This document shows positions 52,080 through 64,000 of a DNA stretch of 64,000 nucleotides, piece by piece. Under the pieces are notes generated by a model. That model saw nothing but the letters and a program-made list of their open reading frames with translations. It was not told where the DNA came from and ran no database searches. The position numbers were made by a program, and so were the translations under genes. The stretch's first letter is position 1, and the number at the start of each line of letters is the position of its first letter. Source of the stretch: Lama guanicoe. Taxonomy: Eukaryota. The stretch is from the NCBI GenBank assembly GCA_013239625.1, contig MU053792.1, positions 1,072,112 through 1,136,111 of the forward strand, read 5' to 3'.

Positions 52080-53240
52080 GGCAGAACCGACGCCCCGCAC
52101 TGGGGGCAGAGCAGCGGCTCGGCCCCAGTCTTCCCAGGCGCGTTCCAGGGCGGGCAGCTATGGGTAGGAATTGTCTAGGTGAGCCGCGGGGCTTCTGCCT
52201 AAGAGGTTGGGGGAGGAAAGCAACTCAGTCGCCGGAAACACAACTCCTGGGGGCACGATGCAGCGCCCCTCCAGCCACAGAAACCTCTCCCGCCGAGGAA
52301 AACTCAGGAGCGGCAGAGGCAGCTGAAGCCAAGAGAATCCTGTCCTTGTGGATAACAGGGGCTGATGCTGGTCCCCAGGACCAAGGCGCTGCCATCCCAC
52401 TCCTCAGAGCCCAGAGATCACCCACCTGCAACTGCAGTCTCCGAAGTCTCCACCCCAGTCTCTCTGCCTCCAGAGGCCTGACTGCGATTGGCCTGCACCT
52501 CTGTCCCGTCAGCTCTCCTCCAAGTGTGAGTGGCGTAACCATCCCATACGCTGCGGGCCTTTTGTCCCTCCCTCCGCTCCCCGCCGAAGCCACGCCCCAC
52601 GTGACGGTCACGCGCTGCCGCAGAGCGCAGAGGAGGGGCGCCCTCTCGGCTCCCAGGGGAGGAGGCGGCGGAGTCGGGGGCGGGGACGTGAGGGCTCTCG
52701 CTGACGACGCGCCGTTGGCGTAAGCGACGCCCCGCCCCCTCCGCAGGGCGCCGGGAAGAAGTGGGTGGGGCCCCGCCAGCGTCCGCGCCATCAAGCCCCG
52801 GTGGCGGCCAGGCTTTCGGTGCATGGTTTTCCGAGTCGAGCGATTCAGCCTGCTGCCAGCGATGGAGGGCGTGCGCTGGGCCTTTTCCTGTGGCACCTGG
52901 CTGCCGAGCCGAGCCGAGTGGCTGCTGGCCGTTCGATCGATCCAGCCCGAGGAGAAGGAGCGCATCGGCCAGTTCGTCTTCGCTCGCGACGCCAAGGCAG
53001 CCTTGGTACTGCAGGTCTTTTAGTATCTAGAGCCGGGGCGGGGGAGGGCAGGTGTGGCGGGAGGTGGGTCGGGCCGTGGGGACGCCCCCCTCCCACGCCG
53101 GCCTGGACCCCGGCTCGCGGCCGCCGCGGGGCGAGGGTGGTAGGTGCTGCCGCCGCCGGCTCGCGGCCTCCGCGCTCTTTGTAGTTGCCTCAGCGGCTTC
53201 GTTCGCCGTCAAGCTTGGCCCCTCCCCCACTGTGATTGAA
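52080..53240. promoter_or_regulatory. CpG island / bidirectional promoter of KBTBD3 and AASDHPPT
   Basis: Sharp GC/CpG enrichment with no TATA box evident. Motifs: GCCACGCCCC (KLF/SP, 52589-52598), CACGTGAC E-box (52598-52605), GGGGCGGGG (52677-52685), TGACG (52702-52706), ATTGG (52487-52491). Confidence 0.9.
52823..53005 (+). CDS. AASDHPPT: L-aminoadipate-semialdehyde dehydrogenase-phosphopantetheinyl transferase, exon 1
   Basis: MVFRVERFSLLPAMEGVRWAFSCGTWLPSRAEWLLAVRSIQPEEKERIGQFVFARDAKAAL (61 codons), with phase-0 donor TTG|GTACTG. Confidence 0.95.
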
Positions 53241-54573
53241 ACTAGGGGCCCTGCTTAGCCATAGAATAGGTGCTGAGGAGTAGGTTTTTTACCCCATAGT
53301 GAATGTTTTTATATTTTTACGTGTTACCAATTGTTTTTTTTGTTTCCTTGCGTGGGCCTATAGCGCATGCTTAGTGGGCTTGTTAAATATCCCACCATTC
53401 TCCAAGGGAGCCCTGTACGTGGTAGGCCCTAAGAAATACTGATGGTGTGTCTTAGTTTAGCCTTGCTCACCGTCGAGCTGGAAGAGTCCAGCCTCCTTTT
53501 ACCAGTGAAACTGAAGCCTAGGGAGGAGGATGCAGTCCTAAAAACATACCTTCCAGACTAAATATGTTGGAGAACGGTATTTTAAATATAGTTATTGATT
53601 TTAAATGTGTATTTTTAAGCGGCAGATGGAAACTTGGCGATTCAAAATGACTTCTGTGTAAGTGCAGTTTGAAACAGCCTCCGAGTACCATCACATCAGA
53701 CGGTCTTGAAAATATCCCTCCATGGAAGCTTTTTTTCGTTTGAAATGTGGGTTAATTGGTAGTTTTTTGGAGGCATATTGGTGAATTTTTTTAACTTTTT
53801 TATAATTTGTAAGAAATTGTGAAATACAGAATCTTGCAGCTTTTAAGTCAGTGTTAGAACTGGGGAAAAAAAACTTGAAAGATTTTGCAAGGTATTGTGT
53901 CTCTTGTCATTCTTATACCCTTGGGTATTTTTGTATGGTTTTAGTGATTCTTTATGATAATAGAGGGAGAGAGTGGATGGGGTATATGTGAAAAAAGATA
54001 GGTCATGCATTGCTAATTGTTGAAGCTGAATGATAAGTAAATACGATCTAGAAATACACATAGGCACAGAGGTACAACAGCATTGCTCATTGGGGAATTT
54101 TTTTAATAATAGCGAAACTCGAGAAGCCTGACATATCCAGTAATAGGGAAATAGTCAAGTTGTGGTACCTTGATATTATAAAATATGCTACATTTAAATG
54201 TACAGGCTAGATGGTTATGTATAGACGTGAAATAATCTCCAACATTAGAAGTTAAAAAGCTTATACATGGTGGAATAGTACATATAGTAGGATTTCATAT
54301 GTAGATGGATAGATAGCAAAAGGAGCTGCAAACGAACATAAATTTAGATACTTGGACGAAAGATTGAAAGGATGACTGCTTGTTCACATCTGTTACCTGT
54401 TGAGGGGAGGGAGGGCATTGCTTGAATCTTAATATGGTCGTGTATTTAATACATACATACTTGTAAAAACTGAGTATTTTAGAAACCCACAAAAACAGAT
54501 TTTGTGTGTTACAGGCAGTGTTACCGAAATCTTTAGGATAGACATCAATACATACCAAATGTTTTATTAACAG

Positions 54574-54799
54574 GCTGGTCGTCTGATGATAAGGAAATTA
54601 GTTGCAGAGAAATTGAATATACCTTGGAATAATATTCGTTTGCAAAGAACTGCAAAAGGAAAACCAGTTCTTGCAAAAGACTCGTTGAATCCTTACCCCA
54701 ATTTCAACTTTAACATCTCTCATCAAGGAGACTATGCTGTACTTGCTGCGGAACCTGAGCTGCAAGTTGGAATTGATATAATGAAGACTAGTTTTCCAG
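54574..54799 (+). CDS. AASDHPPT: AASDHPPT exon 2 (Sfp-type PPTase motifs); gene continues beyond the window
   Basis: Acceptor TTATTAACAG|GCT and donor G|GTAACG. Encodes AGRLMIRK...KGKP...FNISHQGDY...VGIDIMKTSFP. No exon 3 was seen before 64000. Confidence 0.96.
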
Positions 54800-54962
54800 G
54801 TAACGTTGCATTTTTTTAGTACAAGAGTTATGGAGTGTTTTGTCTTAGTTCTTACCTTTTGAATACTCTCAGACAAGGAGACTTAGATACCTAAGTTTAG
54901 GGAAAATGTGCTCAATACTCAAGGGTACTGTATCTGAGAGAGCATATATCTGAAGAGGGTAC

Positions 54963-55385
54963 TGTGGACTGAAAAAAAATGCACACCCTAAAAGTTGGGC
55001 ATTATTCTGAGAACTTCGTGGAGGACTCAAGAGGCCCAGGAGGCAGCCTCTCAGATCGCTCTGAGGGGCTGCTCCAAAGAGGTGAGGCAGGAACCAGGAT
55101 ATATAGGAGTTTTTGCAACAAAAACCAGGTAGTCAGCACATCAAAAGATTACTGTCAATTAAAGAAAAGCAGACATCTCAAGTTAAGAAATTTAGTGGTT
55201 TTGCATGCGTGGGAAGATGCAAGACCTCATTGAAATCATCCCTTTGATATGCACCTTAACTGTGTAGGTCCAGTACGCTGCTTTTCTCCATCCTGAATCC
55301 CCTCAGCGTGCACAATTGGGGGTGGCTGCAGTGGCTGCTGGCTTAAGGACCACACATCCTTTGTTTACTATATAGTTCCTTCAAC
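54963..55385 (-). mobile_element. ERV1-like solo LTR
   Basis: TGT...ACA termini; 'cagcctctcagatcgctctgagggg...ggatatataggagtttttgcaac' resembles laurasiatherian MER41-like LTRs. Confidence 0.7.
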
Positions 55386-58300
55386 ATTAAGAGATTTCTA
55401 TATAAAGGATAGATTCTCCATTACTGAGGATTCATACATTGCTTTGCCTAGAGACAAAATGAAAAGAAAGATTTTGTTTTTGAATTACACTTCAGCTTGT
55501 TAAGTAAGACGAAATTTGAAACTATTTTCAAAGACATTTTGTAAAGAACAGTTTTTCATAACTCAGTTTGACTTTTTATTTAGGTAATAGATGTTAAATT
55601 GAATTGAACTCAGTGAAGAGTCAATTTTGAGTAGCATTCTGTTCAGAAGATATTTTGAAAGTATATGTATTACAATACTCGAGTGGAACAAAGAGAACTT
55701 TGTTTTTCCCACAACTTGAGATAACGTGTATTTGTGGTAAAACCAAATATGGCTCTTTGTAGCACATTTATATAAGTAAAAATCAAGAGCAAGCAATAAT
55801 TACAATATTTACATGGTTTATATTTTGCCTTAAAATTTGTAATTGGCAGCTGTAGGAATTGCTGGCACTTATTGTGGGGTTGAGTATATCTAGGTGATTA
55901 TACTAGAACTCAGGTTTTCTGAACTACTCTAATTCTCATCATCACTAACATTAGTGAGCACTTACTGTGTGCCAAAGCATTTTACTAAGTGTTTTACGTA
56001 TATTATAAGGTGGGTAGGGCACAGTATTCTGTTATTTTTGTCAGAAGATAAGTAATGGGCTAAGAAGACAGCTATTAAAATCAGAGGACCAACTTCTTCC
56101 CAATTTCATAGTGCAATTTCCTGATCTTCACACTGAGTCCACCACAGGATCTTTGCTTATGTTTCCCTGGGACTGGAATATTTGTATTTGCTTTATCCCC
56201 CACCCTGTTTCTGCATAGATAACGTATTTACTGATTAGCTTCCACTTCAGTCTTACTTTAGTCAACCTTCAACTTAAGCCAGATTCTTTTGTTCTAGACT
56301 CTCATAAAATATATTTTCCTACATTCCACATCTCAGTTTATAATTATTTCTCAGGATGATTATCTTCCCACGGGTCTTTATAAGCTTCATAAGAGCAGGA
56401 ACTATGTTAGCTACATCTGATAGTGGCTGTATCTACTGTCACATCTAACACCCTACTTAGTTCAAGATAATGCCCAATAAATATTTGTCAGATGAATAAG
56501 CAATCTGTGCTGCAGTAGAGGCTTCAGAGTATGGCTGTGGATCTCATCTCTCACCTTTGTTGACACTTTGTTGTCAATATCTTTACCTTGAATTTTCCCA
56601 CCAGTTGGTTTTTCTCCATTCTGCTCATAAATCTTTCTATTATAACTCTTTCCTTAACTTTGTTCAGAAGGAGGCCCTGCTATGAGGACAGGGATTCTTG
56701 ATCTTGACCCTGGATAAGCATCAAGTCATTTTTTTTTAACCTCCTGAAATTGTTTGCTACGTTTCGTATGCACCTGTAGACTCTTCTCGGGAGGGCATCT
56801 GGCTTTCAGCAGGGTCATAGAAGGCTTCTTGTGAAAGAACCACACTATAGAGGATTCAGAGTGAGCATGCGAACGAGCCCGCAAACTTCCCTAGCTTTCT
56901 GTGGTTCTTATATGAACTTTCCCTAAAAATCAGAAAATATTGGAGAGGCCGTTGCTCCTTAGAATGCAGCCAGCACAATCACATGGTAATGGGTGGTTCA
57001 TCAGGTTGGTATCTGCCTGGAAATTATGCCTGTGAGACACAGATTTTATTACCAGTTGGCATAATGGGCAGTGTTGGCTTATGGGAAGTACTGTGTAAAC
57101 TAGTAATTACTAATTGAAATTAATAAATGATAGGTAATTGAGCAAAAACTGGAGATTCTGTGTTCTGTTAATTATATTTTATTAGACTTTTTTTTTTACC
57201 ACCCCCCATCTTTTTTTCATTGTTCTTATTTGACTAATTGCAGTACCCAGGCCTTTTCCTATTCTTAAGCTGTTTCCTTGCAAAAAACCTATTGATACAT
57301 CCAGTAACGCCCTGGGGAAGAGAGATTGTCCAGCTGTCCTTAGTATTGCTACTGTGTAACTGGTGTCTGAAGGTTGAATGGGCCCAGCATCATTTCTCAG
57401 TGAGAGTAGGGAGTAGACACTGGCTTGCTTCCCTGGTGATGCATTTGAATTGCTTTGCATCAGTGTGAGTGAGGAAATTGACAAGGGAAGCTCCCAAGAG
57501 CTGCTAAATGGGGAGGGTAAAACTGAGGATAGCAGCAAGGGAAGTGTACTTTGTTCTGGACGTTGTTATTAGCTTCTCAACCCTTAAGATGGAATGAGAC
57601 TTTGGGGACATCACTAGTATATTGAAAGACTCAGTTCCGTTAACCCCATTTTGTCTGCAAGTAAACACTTAGGAACTTGTGGAGTCTTCATTCTGTGACA
57701 TTTCCCATTTCTACTAGTGCCCGTCATTTCCTGCCATCTCCCAGTTCCCCCAGTGCAGCTGTGGCGGGGTGGGAGAGAATGTATCGATGGCTCTAAGAAG
57801 CTTTGGCTTTCTTCCTTCTAGCCAGTTGCCCACGAGGAGAAAACAATCGCAACCACCACTTTAGTCTCTGTTTAGTGGAGAAAGGAACCTTACACCACAG
57901 TAACTGATGGCACTTAGTAAATATTTGTTTAATGAATATCCAGGGAAGAGGGATTACAAGATACTGGGGGCCCTAGTATCAATAAACTGCCAGTACAGTA
58001 TAATCCTAACCCTGGGGGGAAAGGTGTTTTGTAGGTCATCATTATAGTTTGCTGCACTCAGTTGGGAAGTATCGGCTGTTTTTCCTTCATTTTCTAAATT
58101 TTTAGCTACCATGAAAGGCCTTTGCAGTTGCAAGTATAAAAGTAGGATAGTTTTATGAATTGTTCAGTTTTGTTCCCATATTTACAAGCTAAAGCAAGAT
58201 AAGATGGATACTATATAAAAATTATGATTTAAAATACAGGAAATGACCCAAAATATTTTTCGCCATCGTTTTACACTTTCAAGTTTACATTTTTGTTATA

Positions 58301-58439
58301 AACTTTGCTGGGTATTAATTGACAGGACAAAAATAACTTTTGAGATTCAGTACCAATTTAATAGCATAGAACTGCTTCTCTAGAACAGTTAAATTACGTA
58401 CAGTGCGTATGAAGTGGTGATATTATATAATAGCTGCGG

Positions 58440-59035
58440 TAAAGCCTACTTGTCTCCTCCCACCGTACTATTTACAGCACTATTTTAATAGCTTATTAGT
58501 TAGTTCCCCCTCTCCACATCTGATCTTACTCAGTTCATTCTCTATATAGAGTTGGAGTGGTCTTTATTTATAACCTATAGCAATTTTCTTAAAACTTTTA
58601 GGTTGGTTCTTAATAAACTGCAGTCCCTTTAACATGACCTTGTCGTCTTGTTCTCATTTACCTATTTGCGTTTTTAGCTCCTCTCTCTGCTCACTATTTT
58701 CTGTCCACACTCATCTTTTATTGCTTTCCTGCTGAGGGTCATTTCAAAAAAGCTGATCCCTCTGCCTGTTCTCCCCACTCCGCCTTGAGTGTACTAGACC
58801 TGGAGGGTGAAACGTAGCCAGTACCTCAGGAAGGACTTCCCTGACCTCCTGATCATGTTTTCCTTCATGGCCCTTCTTGTTTGTAATTATAACTGAGTTA
58901 CTTGATAATTATCTGTTCTCCTTTATTAAGTAAGTTCAGGAGCTGTGCTTGTTTTTACTGCAGTATACCTAGTACTCAGCAGAGTGTGTAGCACATAGTA
59001 GGTGCTCGGTAAATACTTACTGAATGTACAAATGA
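58440..59035. mobile_element. L2 3' fragment
   Basis: 'cctagtactcagcagagtgtgtagcacatagtaggtgctcggtaaatacttactgaatg'. Confidence 0.7.
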
Positions 59036-59271
59036 TAGTTCTCAATTTCACTTAAAATATTCCTTACCTTTGTTGAAAATTGAAAAAGTGGGTGTGCAAC
59101 TACAGTGAAAAACGATACCCCGACGATCTAGTCGGAATGCAAACCTCTCATCGGTGAGTTGTGATTAAAAATAGTTCTTCCTTCGAGCCTTCTTTCTTGC
59201 CCTCCATCTTTCTAGCTTCTTTATTTGAATCCCCATCAGATTCAATTTTCAACTTTGTTGCGGCTGCAATC

Positions 59272-59726
59272 TACAGGCAGCCCCCAACTAGTAATTTCTC
59301 ACCTTTAGGATGGTTTAAAAGCAGTACGAATTCAGTAGAAGCCATACTTTGAATTTTGATATTTTCCCAGGCTAGCGGAATGCCATACCATACTCTTACG
59401 AGGCTGGGCAGCAGCCGTGAGCCAGGGCTCCCAGTCAGCCGTGCGGTCACGAGGGTACACAACCAGTACAGCCGTTCGGTTTTTCACTTTCAGCACAATA
59501 TTCAGTATATTTCATGAGATAGTCAACAGTCATTATAATACAGTCTTTGTGTTAGATGATTTTGCCCACCTGTAGGCCAGCATAAGTGTTCTGAGCATGT
59601 TTAAGGTAAGCTAGGCAAATATATGCTGTTCCCTAGGTTAGAGGTATTAAATGCATTTTTGACTTAAAACATTTTCAGCCTAACAACAAGTTTATCGGCA
59701 CACAGCCCCATCAAGGAAGATCTGCA
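59272..59726 (+). mobile_element. Tigger2a/MER28-like DNA transposon
   Basis: TA-CAGGCAG start; internal 'ttcagtagaagccatactttgaattttg', 'ctcccagtcagcc' and 'ttagatgattttgcccacctgtaggc'. Confidence 0.8.
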
Positions 59727-59989
59727 TTCCATTATCATTTCTGATCTGCATTCTTCTAGATCTACATCTTGCAGATTGTGCTTAATTAAAGCTTTTTTTT
59801 TTTCTTTTTTTCTTTTTTTAACTTGGAGATTTAGAGCCAGCAAGCAGCTTAAACCAGTCACATTCCTCTTTATTCTCTGAACACCTTCTGGAAAACCAGG
59901 TCTTTACTGGCAGGGAGCTTTCCCCCTTCCCAAGTTAGAGGAGGGGTCTTTTCCACTGTACAGAGGGTTTAAGTAGAGCCACAACATAG

Positions 59990-60190
59990 AACTAGTGTTT
60001 ATTGAGTAACTTCTATGTGTTAAATGCCTTACATTCATGATCTTATTTACCCACTTAAGCCGAGGTTGTAAGTTAATTGTTATTTTATGGAAGAGGTTGA
60101 GACTTGCCCAAGGCAACTTAACTAAAAGGTAGAATATACTGGATTTAAATCCATACTACAAAGCCTTTATTTTTAGGCACTGCACTCTAC
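59990..60190 (-). mobile_element. MIR SINE
   Basis: 'gtttattgagtaacttctatgtg...gacttgcccaaggc...ggatttaaatcca'. Confidence 0.6.
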
Positions 60191-60879
60191 AATGTATGAT
60201 CTCTCAGTACTAGATTTTATTAGTATCTGTTTAAGGATTTGCAAATACAAAATCTGTGGGAAAATTCCATGAAACTGAGTTTAATTAATTTAAAGTTTTT
60301 GTGGAGAAACTGATATCTAAGAAGAGTGTACAAAATTTAGTAAGAGAGCACTTGCCTTGCCATTTTTTAAACTTATATTAGGCATTGAAAACAAAAGTAT
60401 ATGGTGTTAGCAAAAGAAAAGATAGCTAAGAGAGTTAAGGGTTGGTGCCCAGTATTTATACATAAAATTTCAATTCATTGGTTAAAGATTAGTTTGTTTA
60501 TTAAATGGTGCTGTAACAGAGGTTAATATTGTTAATATATAAAACACTTGTAAGTACTGATAGAAAAGCCACTTAAGACTCACCTGATGAATGGACGAAG
60601 GACTTGGTAACACATTTCACAAAGGAGGATATATTAATAACAGTGACAACTACCCCAACAGCCTTACGTTTATTAAGTAAAAGCTCTGGGCCTTTTATGT
60701 TTATTTCTTAGACTACCCTTTTTCTGTATTTTGTAGCTTAAGAAACAGCCATAGAGAAGTGAAATAAATTTAACAGTAAAGAAGTGACAGAGCCAGGACT
60801 TAAACTTTACTCCAGGGGCATAACACTAGAGTTAAGAGTGTGTGTGTGTGTGTATGTAGATTAAGTTGTGTCCGTGTAC

Positions 60880-61800
60880 GTATTGGTTTCCTAGGGCTCC
60901 TAACAAAGGACCAAAAACTCAGTGTCTTAAAACAGTTAATTTTCTGACAGTTCTGAAGGCCAGAAGTCAATCGAAGTGTTAACAAGGCCAGGGTACCTCT
61001 GAAGACTGTGGGGACGAATCCTTCTTTGTTGCATTGCTGCAAGTTTTTACCTTTATCTTCATGTTACGTTTTTCCATCTATTCTCTCTCTGGGTCTAAAT
61101 GTTTCTCTTTGGGAGGACACCAGTCACTGGATGTAGGGCGTACCCTAATCCAACATGACCTCGTCTTAACTGGATTATACTTGCAAAGACTATGTCCAAA
61201 TAAGGTCACATTCTTAATTTCTGGGTGGGAATGAATTTTGGGAGACCCTGTTCAATCCAATACAGTGCATCCTGTGGCTCGCCAAAATTTGCATCCATCC
61301 CACATACAAAATAAATTCACCCCATGCCAGCAACCCTAAGTCATAACATATTCCAGCATTAACTCTAAATCCAAAGTTGCATCTAAATGCAGCAACTCAG
61401 AAAGTTCCAAATATCATTGTCTGAATTATCTAAATCAGATACAGGTGAGACTCTGGGTATGGTCCATAATGGGGCAAAATTCTCCCATCAGTGAACCTGT
61501 GACACTAGAAAATAAATCATCTCCTTCTGAAATACAGTGGTGGGACAGGCACAGGACAGACATTTTCATTTCAAAAGGGAGAAGTTTGAAGAAAAAATCA
61601 TGGGTCCCAATAAAGTTCAAAACCCAGCAGAGCAAATCCCATTAGATTTCAAGGCCTCTTAATGATCTTGTGTGGCTCCATGCTCTGTCCCCTGGCCCCT
61701 TGGGGTGGCTCTACCCTGCCATCAGAATCCTTCCCTTTTCTTGAAGGGGAATACGTTTGCAGTCAAGTAGCCCTGGCTCTCTGTTGGCCCCTTTCTTGCC
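60880..61800 (-). mobile_element. MLT1 LTR (~60880-61264) plus adjoining MaLR internal sequence
   Basis: LTR 'tattggtttcctagggct...ttgcaaagactatgtccaaataaggtcacattc...ttcaatccaataca', then internal-like 'ccaaaatttgcatccatcccacatacaaaataaattcacc'. Confidence 0.8.
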
Positions 61801-62509
61801 TGTGTGTGTTGATACATGCGTAAGTTAATCAGTGCACATTTAAGTAAACACTAAGGCAGCTGACGTTCAGGACTGCCTCGGTCGTGAGTTTCAAGATTAG
61901 GTAGTCACATTTCAATTTAGTGCTCTTTCTGCTGTATGCCGCTTGTATTGAAAGATTAATTGCTCCTTTGTTAGTAGCATACTAAAGGATTTGTGTATAT
62001 CGTTTTTGAAGCCTGTATTAGCAGCTCAGACAATTTTGTTTTATTCTGAATTTGTACGGGCATAAATTCCTGGGTAATAGAGCTGATAGGTCAAGCCTTA
62101 TTGTGTACATTTTAACTGAAATTTTACTAGACTTCATCTCCCATGGAAGCAAGATTAAATGTAACCTAGTACTTGAAAATGAAAGTACTAGAATTTCTAA
62201 TATGACTTACTATCTCAAACTAGATTTTGTTACTTTGAAGCACACAGATGGACATTGCTCAACTGCCCCCTAAAGTAACTGGCCCCTTTTCTATAAGAAG
62301 AATGGTGAATTTTAACTGAGATACTGTTAGATATACACACCCGTGGCCGTGTTCTGAAGAGATACTGATGTAGGTGGGCTTTGGGGTTCTGGTACTAGCA
62401 GGATTTTTTTAAATAGGCTTGTAGTAGTAGCTAAAGGTTTTATCAACAGCAGTGGGTATTAGGGGTGGGGGTTGGTTCAGGGGCCCCAGCCCTCCACAAG
62501 TATGACTTT

Positions 62510-62650
62510 TAGTTGGCCCTTCATATAATTTGATTCACTCATACTCACATCCGTGGATTCAAGCAACAGCAGATCGGTTGCAATGGAAAAAAATTTGCAT
62601 GTAGATGGACGAGCACAGTTCAAACTCACATTGTTAAGGCTTAACTGTGT
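62510..62650. mobile_element. Tigger-family MITE (MER8/Tigger4-like)
   Basis: 'agttggcccttc...catccgtggattcaagcaac...cacagttcaaactcacattgttaaggcttaactg'. Confidence 0.65.
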
Positions 62651-64000
62651 GAATTATTTTGTTGTAGGTTACTGCTCTTTAAACTTTCAAGTTGCTGCGT
62701 GACGTTGGTTAGCTCATTGCAGAATGCTTAAGTTAATATCTAGTGCTGCTTTCCCTAAAGACTAAACTATAAGATGGGGGATCTGGTTTTTCTAAACTTG
62801 GTTGGTGGTTCTAAGTAAGTTTTTCAGTCATTTTATCTTTCCTATGTGTATACATAAGTTCGTGCATGTGCAGTAAAATGATTAAAATGAAGATTGGAGT
62901 AGACATGAATATGTATTGGGAGGCTTTGCCCACTTATGTGTCCTCTTCAGATAGTTTGAGACAAATGTACTGTTCTGATATTTTTTACTGGTTTTTTTTT
63001 TTCTTACTTTCAATTTCCTAGATAAACTAAATCTTGAAGAGTAACTCACCCACTGTGCATTTTCACCATCATGCCACATTGTGGCACTGTTGTTCTTTAG
63101 CTGAATATTTACAGTCATCTTTTTCTGTTGCTGTCAGATTTCTTATTTTGTGGAATATGATGCTCTCAAAAGTATATGAAAACATTCGTATCAGAGTTTT
63201 AAACTGTACACAATCAGTTATGATTGCTTTCCAGTGATTGTGCTAGATGGCTTTTTATGTTAATGAGTTTGGTTTTGGGGGGGGTTCACTTAAATTTTTT
63301 TCCTTGATTGCCCCATTGTGTTTAGTTAAAAATAAGAGCCTTGAAAGTTACAGAATTATAACTTGAAGAAACCAACAAACATAATGACACTGTAGATGAC
63401 AACAGGCATATCTTTTTAAAACTTTAGGCTTTTTGATAGTATGCTGTTAAAACTACAGTTCCACTCAGAACATATAATGCTGTCTGCAAATTCAAGGTAG
63501 CTTTCTTCTCAGTGTTATTATTTACACTGTTTATGCCAAAATCTATTCAAGAGGAAACAGTTTATGATTTATGTAGTTTTGGTGCTTCCAGTATTTAAAA
63601 TCTCCAGGTCTACCTTCGTCACTTTTGCAAGCTTGATTTCTTTATTTTCCTTTAGTGTTTTAGCTGTCAAGCCACTATATACTAGTGATGCTTGCATTTT
63701 AACAGGACAGTTTTTACTAAGCGGCTTAAGGAATTTAAGCAGCGGACTATCAGAGGGGGTTCAGAGCCTCAAAAGAGTAAGAATCCCCTGCCCTGGGATT
63801 CCTAAGGTCACAGTAATTAACTCCATGCTGTTACATGAAATGACTTAACAGTTCTGCAGGGCTGCATTTAGGAAAGAATAGCCTTTTAATGTTAATATGA
63901 GCAGATGAACAGTGGATGTTGTTGATTCATGAAAGTGGATTGTAAAGTTAAACCTTTTTGAGAATAGTAGAGGAATAGATATATTAGTTAAATGTGTTTG

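Noticed and set aside
51989..52995. Long ORFs of 244 aa (+) and 256 aa (-) over the promoter
   Set aside because: Low-complexity Ala/Arg/Pro/Gly-rich translations are typical of stop-poor CpG islands. They have non-ATG starts and no recognisable domain, and one is antisense to AASDHPPT exon 1.
54800..64000. Search for AASDHPPT exon 3 or other hidden coding exons
   Set aside because: No matching reading frame was seen by eye. The region is repeat-rich intron 2, and exon 3 presumably lies beyond the window.

Overview
This is mammalian genomic DNA, most likely camelid. That inference rests on Vic-1-type tRNA-derived SINEs and the absence of recognisable Alu, Bov-tA or PRE-1 SINEs. The window holds a head-to-head gene pair sharing a CpG-island promoter at ~52.1-53.2 kb. 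KBTBD3 is on the minus strand: coding exons 23369-23589 and 17680-19282 give 607 aa, and there is a candidate 5' exon near 51.8-52.0 kb. AASDHPPT is on the plus strand: exons 1-2 lie at 52823-53005 and 54574-54799, and the rest falls beyond the window. Most remaining sequence is transposon-derived (L1, L2, L3/CR1, MIR, MaLR/ERV LTRs, Tigger/hAT/Tc2), including a ~15 kb nested L1 stack in the KBTBD3 intron. I found no wholly new biological system. The best leads are a tandem splice acceptor that could switch an upstream ATG between a 3-codon uORF and an in-frame KBTBD3 N-terminal extension, a weak/strong dual-ATG arrangement in AASDHPPT, a twin-primed L1 inversion, and a possible distal KBTBD3 poly(A) site. 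Repeat family names and boundaries are from visual recognition and are approximate.
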